Below, piece after piece: positions 25,306 through 34,325 of a stretch of DNA of 64,000 nucleotides. The stretch comes from Bdellovibrionota bacterium (lineage in GTDB: Bacteria; Bdellovibrionota_G; JALEGL01; DATDPG01), in the NCBI GenBank assembly GCA_963668355.1, contig OY764265.1, forward strand, positions 2,176,001 through 2,240,000, given 5' to 3'. The notes under the pieces are model-generated. The model did not search any database. It saw only the letters and a list, made by a program, of their open reading frames with translations, and was not told the DNA's origin. Position 1 is the first letter of the stretch. Each line of letters starts with the position of its first letter. The translations under genes and the position numbers were made by a program.

Positions 25306-27282
25306 GTGGAACGGATCGAGACCGACAAAAAGTCCAATGAAATTAGTGTGTTGGTGAGGTTCTGCCATTCGGAGGATTTGGCATGTCTCGTGCTTTTTTT
25401 GTGTGTGTTGAATCTCTTGTCAAAAAAGAACGTTCTTCTGGTCTTTGGGTGTTTCTTCCTGTTCACGGCTTGTACGAGTCAAATTGGTCCCGTTTCTTCA
25501 GACGATGATTCGAATGTTTCCTCAGGGGAGACGACGGATGATGCGTCTACCTATGTTCCTGGAAATGGCGAGTTGTTTAGTTGTCAGGGACGTCCTGCCG
25601 AAAACGCGTTTTTGTGTCCGGGAGATGATCGCAACTTAACGACCGATGTTGATTATTCTGCCGTGAGTGCATGTACGGAAGAACGAAAATGTGAAGTTCA
25701 ATGTCGGACTGGATATGTTTTTGAGGATGGGGCATGCGTATTCGATCGAAATGCTACCGATATTTGTGAGGCGACAGGTGGGGCACAATGTTATTACATT
25801 GCTCCCGATGGAGATGACTCAAACGATGGGAGCCTGGCGCATCCTTTCGCTTCTACGAATCCAATCATTGATATCATTAGCGCGGGTGACTTTATTTACT
25901 TTCGGGATGGAAGTTATGGAGAGCGTGCCCAAGGCCAAATCGTAAACTACGCGAATTGGCTCCCGGACCATTATGCGGTTGCCTACATTCGCAGAGATGG
26001 AGAAGAGAATCGACCCATTACGTTTAAAGCCTATCCTGGCGAACAGCCGGTGTTTGATTTGTATGAGATCAATCCAGCGTGCGTTCCTGATTCGTTGGAT
26101 GATTGTGCGAACGATGCTTTTCATGTGCGAGGTGCGGACTACATTCGGATTGAGGGGATGGAAATAGTACATGGATCTATCTTTGTTGGAGGCAATTCCC
26201 AATACACATGGATCGAAAACAATCATGTACATGATTTGTATACCGATCGGGACAACAACGGTTTGATCATGTTGTATTTTACGCAGTATGCATACGTTCG
26301 GAACAATGTCTTACATGATACGTATTCTCGAAGCATTCCCGATGGCGATGGCGGGTGGAAGTTTAACGCTACCAAGGAACATTACGATGCTCAGCATAAT
26401 GGTTGCATTACAACCCTTTCGGGCGATGGGTATGTTGGGTATGGCAATGAAACCTCTGGCCCCTTTGAATTCACGAGCAACGACATTTACGATTGTCCGG
26501 TTCATCTCTTTATGAAGAATTCACAAGGGCAGATGGTGAATGAGGATGGAATCAATATTCTCATCAAGGACAATTACTTTCATGGTGAAGGGCGTTTGGC
26601 TCAGTGGTTTGAGGCGGCCAATGTTGTTTTTGAAAACAATCTTTTTAAAGACATTGAAGGAATCTCAGCCTTGGGCAAGGGAGAGCAGTTTGAAGAGGGG
26701 GGTGATTTGTCGATGTTAAACGAGATATCCGCCCGCAATGTGCAATTCCGTCACAATGTTTTTACCTCTACATCCTCTGTCGTTGCCATGCACGGACAAG
26801 GGTTTTTGCTTGAAAACGGCGTGTATTCAACGGCGCTGGCCGATAAGTTTAAGTTTTATAATAATGTGGTGATGTTGTCGGCTGCAGCAAGTCCCGGATC
26901 GATGGGGTGGAACGAGGGAGGATTTATTTTTGGGAATAGCTATGCTGGAATGATTGATGATGATCCCTCACGATCTAAAACCTTGTCGCGGATCAATTCC
27001 CAAAATAACTGCTTTGTGAACGAGCGGGGTGAGAACGTTGCATTTTTGAAACATTGGTTCAATGGCTCGGACTCCATCACCGGATACAGCCACGCGGAGT
27101 CTCAATCCGAATTCGGGATTAACGGAGATGGGGATATTTTTCCTACTGAGACAAATCCCAGTGTTCATTTCAATGACCCCGAAAACTATGACTACTCCAT
27201 CAAAGACGGATCTCCCTGCTCTGAGATCGAGCATGTGGGCTTGTTGAATCCGGGCCTCTTTAGTCGAAGAGGCGAACTCTAG
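25306..27282 (+). CDS. Lipoprotein with right-handed parallel beta-helix (pectate-lyase-like) domain
   Basis: Lipobox FTAC; YYIAPDGDDSNDGS..PF; PITFKAYPGE; repeated I.NN..D. True start is likely downstream of 25306. Confidence 0.75.
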   Translation: MERIETDKKSNEISVLVRFCHSEDLACLVLFLCVLNLLSKKNVLLVFGCFFLFTACTSQIGPVSSDDDSNVSSGETTDDASTYVPGNGELFSCQGRPAENAFLCPGDDRNLTTDVDYSAVSACTEERKCEVQCRTGYVFEDGACVFDRNATDICEATGGAQCYYIAPDGDDSNDGSLAHPFASTNPIIDIISAGDFIYFRDGSYGERAQGQIVNYANWLPDHYAVAYIRRDGEENRPITFKAYPGEQPVFDLYEINPACVPDSLDDCANDAFHVRGADYIRIEGMEIVHGSIFVGGNSQYTWIENNHVHDLYTDRDNNGLIMLYFTQYAYVRNNVLHDTYSRSIPDGDGGWKFNATKEHYDAQHNGCITTLSGDGYVGYGNETSGPFEFTSNDIYDCPVHLFMKNSQGQMVNEDGINILIKDNYFHGEGRLAQWFEAANVVFENNLFKDIEGISALGKGEQFEEGGDLSMLNEISARNVQFRHNVFTSTSSVVAMHGQGFLLENGVYSTALADKFKFYNNVVMLSAAASPGSMGWNEGGFIFGNSYAGMIDDDPSRSKTLSRINSQNNCFVNERGENVAFLKHWFNGSDSITGYSHAESQSEFGINGDGDIFPTETNPSVHFNDPENYDYSIKDGSPCSEIEHVGLLNPGLFSRRGEL

Positions 27283-27417
27283 CCTCAAATCAAAGACGAA
27301 ATTTCCGGAGTCGTTCAACCTGGATCCTTAAAGGGGAATGTCAAATAGACTTGACATCTTGGCGTGTACACTCTACTTTACATTTGTGAAGAAAATACAT
27401 GTTGGAGATTTCATAAG

Positions 27418-27642
27418 ATGCCGCGACTGACGACAAGGCTTGAGATTCAAAATGACCTTTCGAGTTTAAGGGCTCGGGAAGGGATTACGCAGCAGGAACT
27501 AGCCGACGCGGTTGGGGTGACCCGGGCGACGGTCATTGCCCTGGAAAAGGGAAATTACAATCCATCCCTTGAACTTGCATTTCGTCTTTCGGGATATTTC
27601 CGCTTGGGTGTTGAGGAGATTTTTAAGGTGAAAGGAGCCTAG
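27418..27642 (+). CDS. XRE-family HTH transcriptional regulator
   Basis: ITQQELADAVGVTRATVIALEKGNYNPSLELAF. Confidence 0.9.
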   Translation: MPRLTTRLEIQNDLSSLRAREGITQQELADAVGVTRATVIALEKGNYNPSLELAFRLSGYFRLGVEEIFKVKGA

Positions 27643-27643
27643 G

Positions 27644-28243
27644 GTGAAAAAGGTCTTTCGATGGGTTCAAAACTACTTGGTTTATGCATCGCCGTTTGTG
27701 GTGGTTACGATGATCTGGAGCCATTTTCGGTCTGGAGGTGAAAGCCCATTACAGAGCGTGGTGTCGAAGTTTCTTTGGAATGTCTTTTCCTGGAACTTAA
27801 TGCTTTGGTTCGTTGTTCTTATTCTTTTCTTTTTCATGTTGGTTTTTTGGCCCTTTGCCAGAGAACAAACTCTCAAACGCGTAGCAAATATTAAGGATCG
27901 GGACGAGCGGGAAGAATTGATTTCTGGAAAGGCCGCGAAGACCTCTTATATATCGACGTTGAGCATTCTCATTCTTTTCTTGTTTCTGTCTATCTTTCAG
28001 CTTGAGGTTAAACGTCTTCCCCCGGATCAAGCCATCGATGGGAAAACCGGGACTGTAAGCATTGGTATGGGGTTTGAATTTTTTGAGACAGCGAAGATTG
28101 AGGGGGAAGGGGCGGACTCTCCTTTTTTTGAAATGAAAGAGTTTCCACTTTCAAAGCCTGCAATTCTCCTATTGATTTTGATTGGACATGTGGGAGTGTT
28201 CAATCTTTGCATTCGAAAAGAATTTTCTAACGGTTCTTCTTAA
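27644..28243 (+). CDS. Membrane protein (DUF2178-like)
   Basis: TM helices and DEREELI..KAA motif; typical partner of such XRE genes. Confidence 0.65.
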   Translation: MKKVFRWVQNYLVYASPFVVVTMIWSHFRSGGESPLQSVVSKFLWNVFSWNLMLWFVVLILFFFMLVFWPFAREQTLKRVANIKDRDEREELISGKAAKTSYISTLSILILFLFLSIFQLEVKRLPPDQAIDGKTGTVSIGMGFEFFETAKIEGEGADSPFFEMKEFPLSKPAILLLILIGHVGVFNLCIRKEFSNGSS

Positions 28244-28291
28244 GACTGACTGTTTGAAACTGAGTTCCTTGAAACGGTAAAATGGGTTTGT

Positions 28292-28879
28292 CTAGGACTC
28301 GATGCTTTCCAAAGTGCAGTTCAGCTCGGGTTGGGTCTGGCATGAAACCCACCCAATATAGATGGCATTTGGCTCGCCCCGATTCTTAAACGGAATTTCA
28401 ACTTCGATATAGTCTTCTGAAGTGCGATGGATTTGAATTTGTTGAAGAAGGGGCATGATTTGCGTTCCTTCTTCATGTTTCAGAACTTCAAAAGCCATTC
28501 GTTTGATGTGACTTTCAGAAAGTTGGTTTAGGGAAGATCCGGGTTCTGCACCTCCGTTTATTTGTTCTGAGACTTGCATGAGTCTCATCTGAAGCTCATG
28601 CAAGTCTTGTTTGATGGAAGAATCGTCCTCTCTTGAATGGGATTCTTCCAGATCTTCTCTGAGGTGGTGGATTTCCTCCGCAAGCTCATGCAGGATATCC
28701 ACGGATGCTTCCTCAACCGATGCAGGGTTGTTTTGGGCAGCGGGTGTTTGCGTTGGAATTTCTGGGTTGCAAGCCAGAAAAATTCCACAGATTGCGAGGA
28801 AATATGCTGGGGTTTTAATGATGTTCATGCTCGTGAAGGCCTTGCTTTTCAGGAAGAACGATGGAGCCTTCCTCAACAA
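28292..28879 (-). CDS. Hypothetical lipoprotein
   Basis: Lipobox FLAC after probable start MNIIK; coiled-coil body. Confidence 0.6.
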   Translation of the reverse strand: MLRKAPSFFLKSKAFTSMNIIKTPAYFLAICGIFLACNPEIPTQTPAAQNNPASVEEASVDILHELAEEIHHLREDLEESHSREDDSSIKQDLHELQMRLMQVSEQINGGAEPGSSLNQLSESHIKRMAFEVLKHEEGTQIMPLLQQIQIHRTSEDYIEVEIPFKNRGEPNAIYIGWVSCQTQPELNCTLESIES

Positions 28880-29381
28880 GGTCTTTTAGGTAGAAACCAT
28901 CATAAACAAAGATGCGTTTATTTGGATTAGAAAGGTCTTTTTCTTCAAATCCTTGGTAAGGAGTTAAATCTGCCACGCGGGGGATATGCGTGCAAACTTC
29001 CTCACAATGAACTTCAAAACTTCCATCGTCTACATGAAGGTGGCAGCAGTGACAGTGTTGGCTTAAGTACGCTTGCGCATCTTCATCGTATTCCAAATAA
29101 TAGGATGCCAGGACATAATGATCGTTTGTGAGATAGACCATGGCCGGGGGATGTAGAAAGTCTCGATCTTCGTTATCTTCTGTACGGACCTCAACAAAGA
29201 CCCGGCGATTGATCTTCTCGAACTGATTCTGTCCGCCAATTCCATAGTCAAATTCATATTGTATCTGAGTGGCTTCTAGCACTCGAGAAACGTCTGTAGG
29301 TTCTAATCGACTTGCCATTGTCATGGTAGGCAGAAGCGCGGTGCTGACAAGGAGCAAGAGGTTTTTTCGGATGTTTTTCAT
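28815..29381 (-). CDS. Secreted His/Cys-rich putative metal-binding protein
   Basis: Signal peptide; HCHCCHLH, HCEEVCTH and C-terminal HEHEHH. Confidence 0.6.
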   Translation of the reverse strand: MKNIRKNLLLLVSTALLPTMTMASRLEPTDVSRVLEATQIQYEFDYGIGGQNQFEKINRRVFVEVRTEDNEDRDFLHPPAMVYLTNDHYVLASYYLEYDEDAQAYLSQHCHCCHLHVDDGSFEVHCEEVCTHIPRVADLTPYQGFEEKDLSNPNKRIFVYDGFYLKDLVEEGSIVLPEKQGLHEHEHH

Positions 29382-29424
29382 GTTTGTTTTCCTTCCAGAA
29401 TGTTTCGGGCCGGGGTATCACAAA

Positions 29425-29441
29425 ATGCAAGAAAATTGCAA
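29425..29441. promoter_or_regulatory. Candidate Zur-type operator ATGCAA-N5-TTGCAA
   Basis: Near-perfect palindrome in the divergent intergenic region next to a Fur-family gene. Confidence 0.55.
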
Positions 29442-29469
29442 TAAAGAATATTTTGGTTAGAATCAATTC

Positions 29470-29916
29470 ATGGCATTTTCTGATGCAGCTGCGGAAGTCT
29501 TGTTGAAAAATTCGGCTCGTATGACCAAACCTCGGCAGGTGATTTTGCGTTGCTTTGATCGGGTGTCGGCGCCCCTTTCGGTCCCTGAAATCATTGAGAA
29601 AGTGTGTGGAAAAGGAAGGAAATCATCCTCCATTGACCCTGTTTCGGTCTATCGGACCATTGACCTTCTGACCCGATTACGACTGCTTCATCGAGTGGCT
29701 CCAACAGGAGGATATTTACCTTGTAAGCACACAAAATGTGGGATTGAACACCACGTATTGATGTCTTGTCGGAAATGCCAGAAAGTGGACGAGGTGGGGG
29801 TGCCTGAGGCGATGATTCGTTCCCTTCACTGGTATCTTCAGGAACATCTTAATTTTTGTTCCGATCCTCATGTGGTTCAAGTTTCTGGGATTTGTGGGAA
29901 ATGCCAAAAGAATTAA
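29470..29916 (+). CDS. Fur-family metalloregulator (Zur-like)
   Basis: RMTKPRQVIL, SVYRTI, HHVLMSCRKC, GICGKC. Confidence 0.9.
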   Translation: MAFSDAAAEVLLKNSARMTKPRQVILRCFDRVSAPLSVPEIIEKVCGKGRKSSSIDPVSVYRTIDLLTRLRLLHRVAPTGGYLPCKHTKCGIEHHVLMSCRKCQKVDEVGVPEAMIRSLHWYLQEHLNFCSDPHVVQVSGICGKCQKN

Positions 29917-29952
29917 ATTGTAAAAAACATGCAATAAATATAGAGGGACTCT

Positions 29953-30402
29953 ATGTCGTACAAATGGATGTCGTTTTTGGGTGTGTTTCTGTGGTCGCTT
30001 TCTGCTCAGGGGTGGGTCGATGTTTCGGCGGTGTGCCAGGGAAATCTCGGACAGCGCTTTGACCTTTCACTTTCAGGTCCAGAGGAGGTTTTTCTGGAAA
30101 TTGAAGGCATGCCCTGTGAAGGAATTCATGAGATCAATTTCAAAGAAAATCATTTTAGCTTAGAGCTTTCACCCAGGGGAACGTATTTTTTGGGCTCCTT
30201 AACTTGTGACGATCGGGTCTATTGGTGGTTCATGGAGGAAGTCAAGGGCGTGAGCCTGGCGGGCTTGTTGCAGATTTATAGAGTTCCTGGGTGGAGTACT
30301 CCCGAAAAAGTAGAGCTACTTTCAGAAGAGTCCCAACGGCGAGGCCTTCGCATCTCTTGTGTGTCAGGGGAGATGTCTTTGAGTCAAAAGGATGTGAATT
30401 AG
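29953..30402 (+). CDS. Secreted hypothetical protein
   Basis: GAGGG RBS; signal peptide ending AQG. Confidence 0.55.
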   Translation: MSYKWMSFLGVFLWSLSAQGWVDVSAVCQGNLGQRFDLSLSGPEEVFLEIEGMPCEGIHEINFKENHFSLELSPRGTYFLGSLTCDDRVYWWFMEEVKGVSLAGLLQIYRVPGWSTPEKVELLSEESQRRGLRISCVSGEMSLSQKDVN

Positions 30403-30405
30403 CGG

Positions 30406-31158
30406 TTAGTCGATGATGAGCCACGGTTGACCGTGGTGCTCGATGCGTTTCGCGGAAACGCCGAACGCAGTTTGAATCATTTCTTCTTTGAGTTCGGCTG
30501 TCGTGCCTTGAGAGAGGATTCTGCCTTCATGTAAGAGAAGGAAGTGCGTGGCGAAACGCAAAGCCAAATTGAGGTCGTGAATGGCAACCAGGATGAGCGG
30601 CTCTTGAATTTGGCGAAGTATTTCCAGAACGTGAAGTTGATATTTGATGTCTAAATTGGCCGTGGGTTCATCGATGAGCAAGAGCTTCGGTTTTTGAACG
30701 AAAGCGCGGGCAATGATGACGCGTTGACGTTGTCCTCCCGAAAGTTCAAGGATCTCTCGATGAGCCAAGTGTTCCAGATCGAATTTTTTGAGGGCCTCGT
30801 GGACGTGATCATAGTCTTCGCTTCGTGGGCGAAGACCGAAATGGGGCATTCTTCCTAGAAGGACGGCATCAAAGACCGATGACGGTCGACGAAGTTCATC
30901 TCGCTGAGGAACGTAGGCCATGTTTTGGGCTCGTTCTGTGGGTGTAAACTCCGAAACGTTCTGTCCGTTTAGACGTACTTCCCCGGTGTTTGGTTGAAGG
31001 ATTTGGTTAATGGATCGAAGGAGGGTGCTCTTTCCTGCGCCATTGGGGCCGAGCAATGCCACAATTTCTCCCCCCGAGAAGGAACATTGAATGTCTTTCA
31101 GGGCTTGAAAAGAACCAAAGCTTAAGGAGAGATTTTCAATGTCAAGCTGGGTCACCAT
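30406..31158 (-). CDS. ABC transporter ATPase (iron-chelate/cobalamin type)
   Basis: GPNGAGKS, LSGGQ, IDEPTANLD, HDLNLA. Confidence 0.95.
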   Translation of the reverse strand: MVTQLDIENLSLSFGSFQALKDIQCSFSGGEIVALLGPNGAGKSTLLRSINQILQPNTGEVRLNGQNVSEFTPTERAQNMAYVPQRDELRRPSSVFDAVLLGRMPHFGLRPRSEDYDHVHEALKKFDLEHLAHREILELSGGQRQRVIIARAFVQKPKLLLIDEPTANLDIKYQLHVLEILRQIQEPLILVAIHDLNLALRFATHFLLLHEGRILSQGTTAELKEEMIQTAFGVSAKRIEHHGQPWLIID

Positions 31159-32222
31159 AACCGTTTTCTCCTGACCACAAGGTAGAGGAAGAGGGGGGCC
31201 CCCAAGAAAGAAGTCAGAACTCCCACGGGTACGATCAAAGGGGAAGCCAGGTTTCTGGCCGCCAAGTCAGCCACCAAGAGAAGGAGCGCGCCCCCCAATG
31301 CAGAGGCCGGAAGGACAAAGCGTTCATCTCCACCCAATATGCGACGAACCATATGGGGAACAATCAATCCGATAAAGCCAATGATGCCGACGAGGGCAAC
31401 CACTGTGGCCGTAGCTAGAGAGGCTACGAGCATTCCTTCCACCCGAAGTCTGGAAGGATTGACGCCTAAACTGATGGCGGTTTCGTCACCACTGTCTACG
31501 GCGTTTAACGACCACGAGCGAAGTGTGAAATAGCTCAGAGAAAACAACACCACAAAGGCCATGGGGAGAAGTTCGCCCCAGGTGACACGCCCCACATCGC
31601 CAAACGTCCAAAAAATAATGGATGCGATTTCCACATCGGAAGCGAGGTATTGGAGGCCCGTGACACCGGCTGCAAAAAGCGTCGAAAGAGCAACGCCTGC
31701 TAGAATGAGCGTTTCTGGATTTGATCCTTTCAATCGAGCGATCAGGACCAGGGCAACCGCCGCTATTAGTGAGGACAGGAATGCGAAGAAACTTGTCATC
31801 CAGGCACTGTCTAAGAGAACTGCATCAGTTGCGCTGCTATGAAGGCTTCCAGCTCCAAAACATACAATCGCCAGGGCGGCTCCGAAGGCGGCGGCTTGGG
31901 ATAAGCCCAGCGTGAAAGGAGATCCGAGAGGATTTCTGAGAAGACTTTGCATGGCGGCGCCAGCTACGGCGAGTCCCGCGCCACTTAGAATGGCCGCAAC
32001 CGCTCGGGGCATTCGGATGTACCAGACAATTCGCTCCGCCAATTCGTTGCCAAAGCCGAGAATCGTTTTGGTTACTTCGGCCAACGAAAGTGGAGCTGAA
32101 CCCAACCAAAGTGAAGCCATGAAGGCGAAGACGAGCATGGATGCAAACAAAAGTATGATCTTCCAGCGACGACGATTTTGTTTTTTGTATTTTGCGACGA
32201 CGTCAAGAGGCTTCGATGACAT
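31152..32222 (-). CDS. FecCD/BtuC-family ABC permease
   Basis: RMPRAVAA, RNPLGSP.TLG, IGFIGLIVPH; start approximate (MSSKPL). Confidence 0.9.
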   Translation of the reverse strand: MSSKPLDVVAKYKKQNRRRWKIILLFASMLVFAFMASLWLGSAPLSLAEVTKTILGFGNELAERIVWYIRMPRAVAAILSGAGLAVAGAAMQSLLRNPLGSPFTLGLSQAAAFGAALAIVCFGAGSLHSSATDAVLLDSAWMTSFFAFLSSLIAAVALVLIARLKGSNPETLILAGVALSTLFAAGVTGLQYLASDVEIASIIFWTFGDVGRVTWGELLPMAFVVLFSLSYFTLRSWSLNAVDSGDETAISLGVNPSRLRVEGMLVASLATATVVALVGIIGFIGLIVPHMVRRILGGDERFVLPASALGGALLLLVADLAARNLASPLIVPVGVLTSFLGAPLFLYLVVRRKRLW

Positions 32223-33282
32223 TATATCCCCCATACGTTTCCCGCATTTGGTCATACACATCTCGGCCGAGGAGTTGTGTGTAGATTTCCCTGGCACGAT
32301 TGGCCGGATCAATATCTTGAAAGCCCTTTGGAAAGATTACTTTGCCCACGGCATAGGCATTTGCCATGACCGTGCCAAAATTGATCCAGTACCAATTGTA
32401 TGGGAGGAGGCCATGCACTTCATTTTTCCGAACGGCATGTAGTTTCGAAAATTCCGGACGCTCTAAATCTCGAAGCACCATGGGCGTGCTGGCTTGATCC
32501 ACAAAAAGTGTATCCGGATTCCAGAGTACCAACATTTCTCGATCCACAAATGCGTGTGTATCGCTCACGTCTTGCGCTACGTTTTTCACACCGAGCAAGG
32601 TGAACGGCTCGTATTTGGGTTCGGTGGAGGCAGCCCCGTGGGCTCCTCGATAAGCTACTCCCGCCACATAGACCTTTTTTTGTTGGGGTCGGGAAAGTTT
32701 TTGGGTTCGTGTTCGTAGGTCGGTTGCCACTTCATCAAAAAGTCCGATCACTTCTTCAGCTCGATCTTCTCGTTTGAGGACCTTGCCCAGGGTTCTTAAC
32801 GCACGATCCAAACCGGCTCGGTTTTCTCCCAAGTCTCCGTAACCAATGACGACAAAAGGAACACCGGTTCGTTTTTGCCATCGGTCGGCATCCTTTTTTG
32901 AAAGGCGGGTTGAAAAAACGACATCTAGATTCAAGGAAGCGATCAGTTCTGCATCCCCTCCGTGAGGAGGTCCCAAAGATGGGCGTTCGGCCAGTTCGGG
33001 GTAGGCCATGAGATAGGGTTTGGAACGTCGGCGTTTTTCCACAGATTCCACGGCTGCCACACGATCAACTCCATCCACATAAAGCAGGAGGCGAAGGGCT
33101 CCAGGTTTCACGGCCCCAACCCGTAGAATTTTTTCAGGAAGGTGAACCTTTCGGCCCGCTTCATCCTCAATGATTCGTGAGTCTCGAACAAGGGGCGCCG
33201 CGTGATCTTTGGGGACGAGAACAAACGTTCCAACGATCACGATCAGGAGGGACAGCGTTCGAAGCGCGAGGAGAGGATTCAT
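32203..33282 (-). CDS. Periplasmic binding protein (class III, iron-chelate type)
   Basis: D.AGR.V..P..I.RV; DAELI..L..DVVF; operon context. Confidence 0.9.
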   Translation of the reverse strand: MNPLLALRTLSLLIVIVGTFVLVPKDHAAPLVRDSRIIEDEAGRKVHLPEKILRVGAVKPGALRLLLYVDGVDRVAAVESVEKRRRSKPYLMAYPELAERPSLGPPHGGDAELIASLNLDVVFSTRLSKKDADRWQKRTGVPFVVIGYGDLGENRAGLDRALRTLGKVLKREDRAEEVIGLFDEVATDLRTRTQKLSRPQQKKVYVAGVAYRGAHGAASTEPKYEPFTLLGVKNVAQDVSDTHAFVDREMLVLWNPDTLFVDQASTPMVLRDLERPEFSKLHAVRKNEVHGLLPYNWYWINFGTVMANAYAVGKVIFPKGFQDIDPANRAREIYTQLLGRDVYDQMRETYGGYNVIEAS

Positions 33283-33291
33283 GTACGTTTC

Positions 33292-33897
33292 CTAGGAATT
33301 AGAATCGGCGCAAGAACGGCAGAGTTTCTTTCCAGAACGCTCCAGCATTTTGAGCGGCATCGTGGGTTCCCCACAATCGGGACAAATTTCTGAAGGTTGA
33401 ACGATGGCTTTCTGGGGGAGAGAAAGAGGGGATTCACTTTGAGAAAAAATCTCCTCCAAAGGACGGTTTAAGATTTCCAACATGCTTTCTTGGCGAAGCT
33501 TCGCGAGTTCTTGACGGTCTTCGCGGGTTGCTTTTCCCTCTCGATCTTTCTGCGTTAATTCACGTTGTCGATCTCCCAAGGAAACGGCCCCCGGTCGAAG
33601 TGAGAGTCTCAGAGAGCGCCCGCTGGATCTCTCAAAAAAATTGAATGCTTGTTTGCCGTAGTCGAGGTGAATGAGGTTCCCTTTTCCAAACGTGCACCCG
33701 ATGAGGGCTTGGATTGCATCAACGCCGCAGGCATCGTTCTCGACGACGGCAACGACTTCCTCATCGGGGGCGCGAAACCCATGGCAAAAATCCAAACCGG
33801 CCATGGCGGCCCTAAACCCGATGGCCAAACCCGGACATTCATGTCCATGGAAGCGAACGCAATGATTCCAATGCTCGTTTGTTGATGTTGTGTTCAT
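33292..33897 (-). CDS. FmdE-family protein with C-terminal zinc finger
   Basis: FHGHECPGLAIG, ENDACGVDAIQ..GCTFGKGNL, C..CGE..C..C. Confidence 0.92.
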   Translation of the reverse strand: MNTTSTNEHWNHCVRFHGHECPGLAIGFRAAMAGLDFCHGFRAPDEEVVAVVENDACGVDAIQALIGCTFGKGNLIHLDYGKQAFNFFERSSGRSLRLSLRPGAVSLGDRQRELTQKDREGKATREDRQELAKLRQESMLEILNRPLEEIFSQSESPLSLPQKAIVQPSEICPDCGEPTMPLKMLERSGKKLCRSCADSNS

Positions 33898-33945
33898 TTC
33901 ATGTTCCTCATTCGATCCGGACCCCGTCCTCGCCAGTTATGGTTG

Positions 33946-33972
33946 GTGATACAAATGGAAAATGTGTAACAC
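33946..33972. promoter_or_regulatory. Candidate NikR-type operator GTGATAC-N13-GTAACAC
   Basis: One-mismatch palindrome upstream of the FmdE gene, downstream of a minus-strand TTGACT (33985-33990). Confidence 0.55.
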
Positions 33973-34325
33973 TAGGGAGGGTGAAGTCAATGACAAAGCG
34001 CATCAGCGGAGCTATTTGGGCTCTGCCTTATATATAATGTGGTCGGTGGCTTCTAGGAGGAGGCCTGTGTGAGGATCCATATGAAAGTGGGGATGGGCGA
34101 GATTTTCAATGGGGTGTCCGCATAAACCGCAATGGGGTTTTCCCGAGGTTGGGTTGGATTTTTGTTCTGTTTTTTCGCCCATTGAAACCAGTTTAGACCC
34201 GGTGGGTGTTGGAAATCAATTTCCCCCGGCCTTCAGGCCGTGCTTTATAAAGGACTTTCGGGATTTTTTGAACCTTTTCGAAGGTTTGCCCGTCTAATCG
34301 AATAGCGATACAACGCGGAACTTAC

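Noticed and set aside
33898..34325. Cobalamin or Moco riboswitch upstream of the FmdE/ABC operon
   Set aside because: No B12-box or other conserved riboswitch motif recognised; a palindromic operator explains the region better. An Infernal/Rfam scan would settle it.
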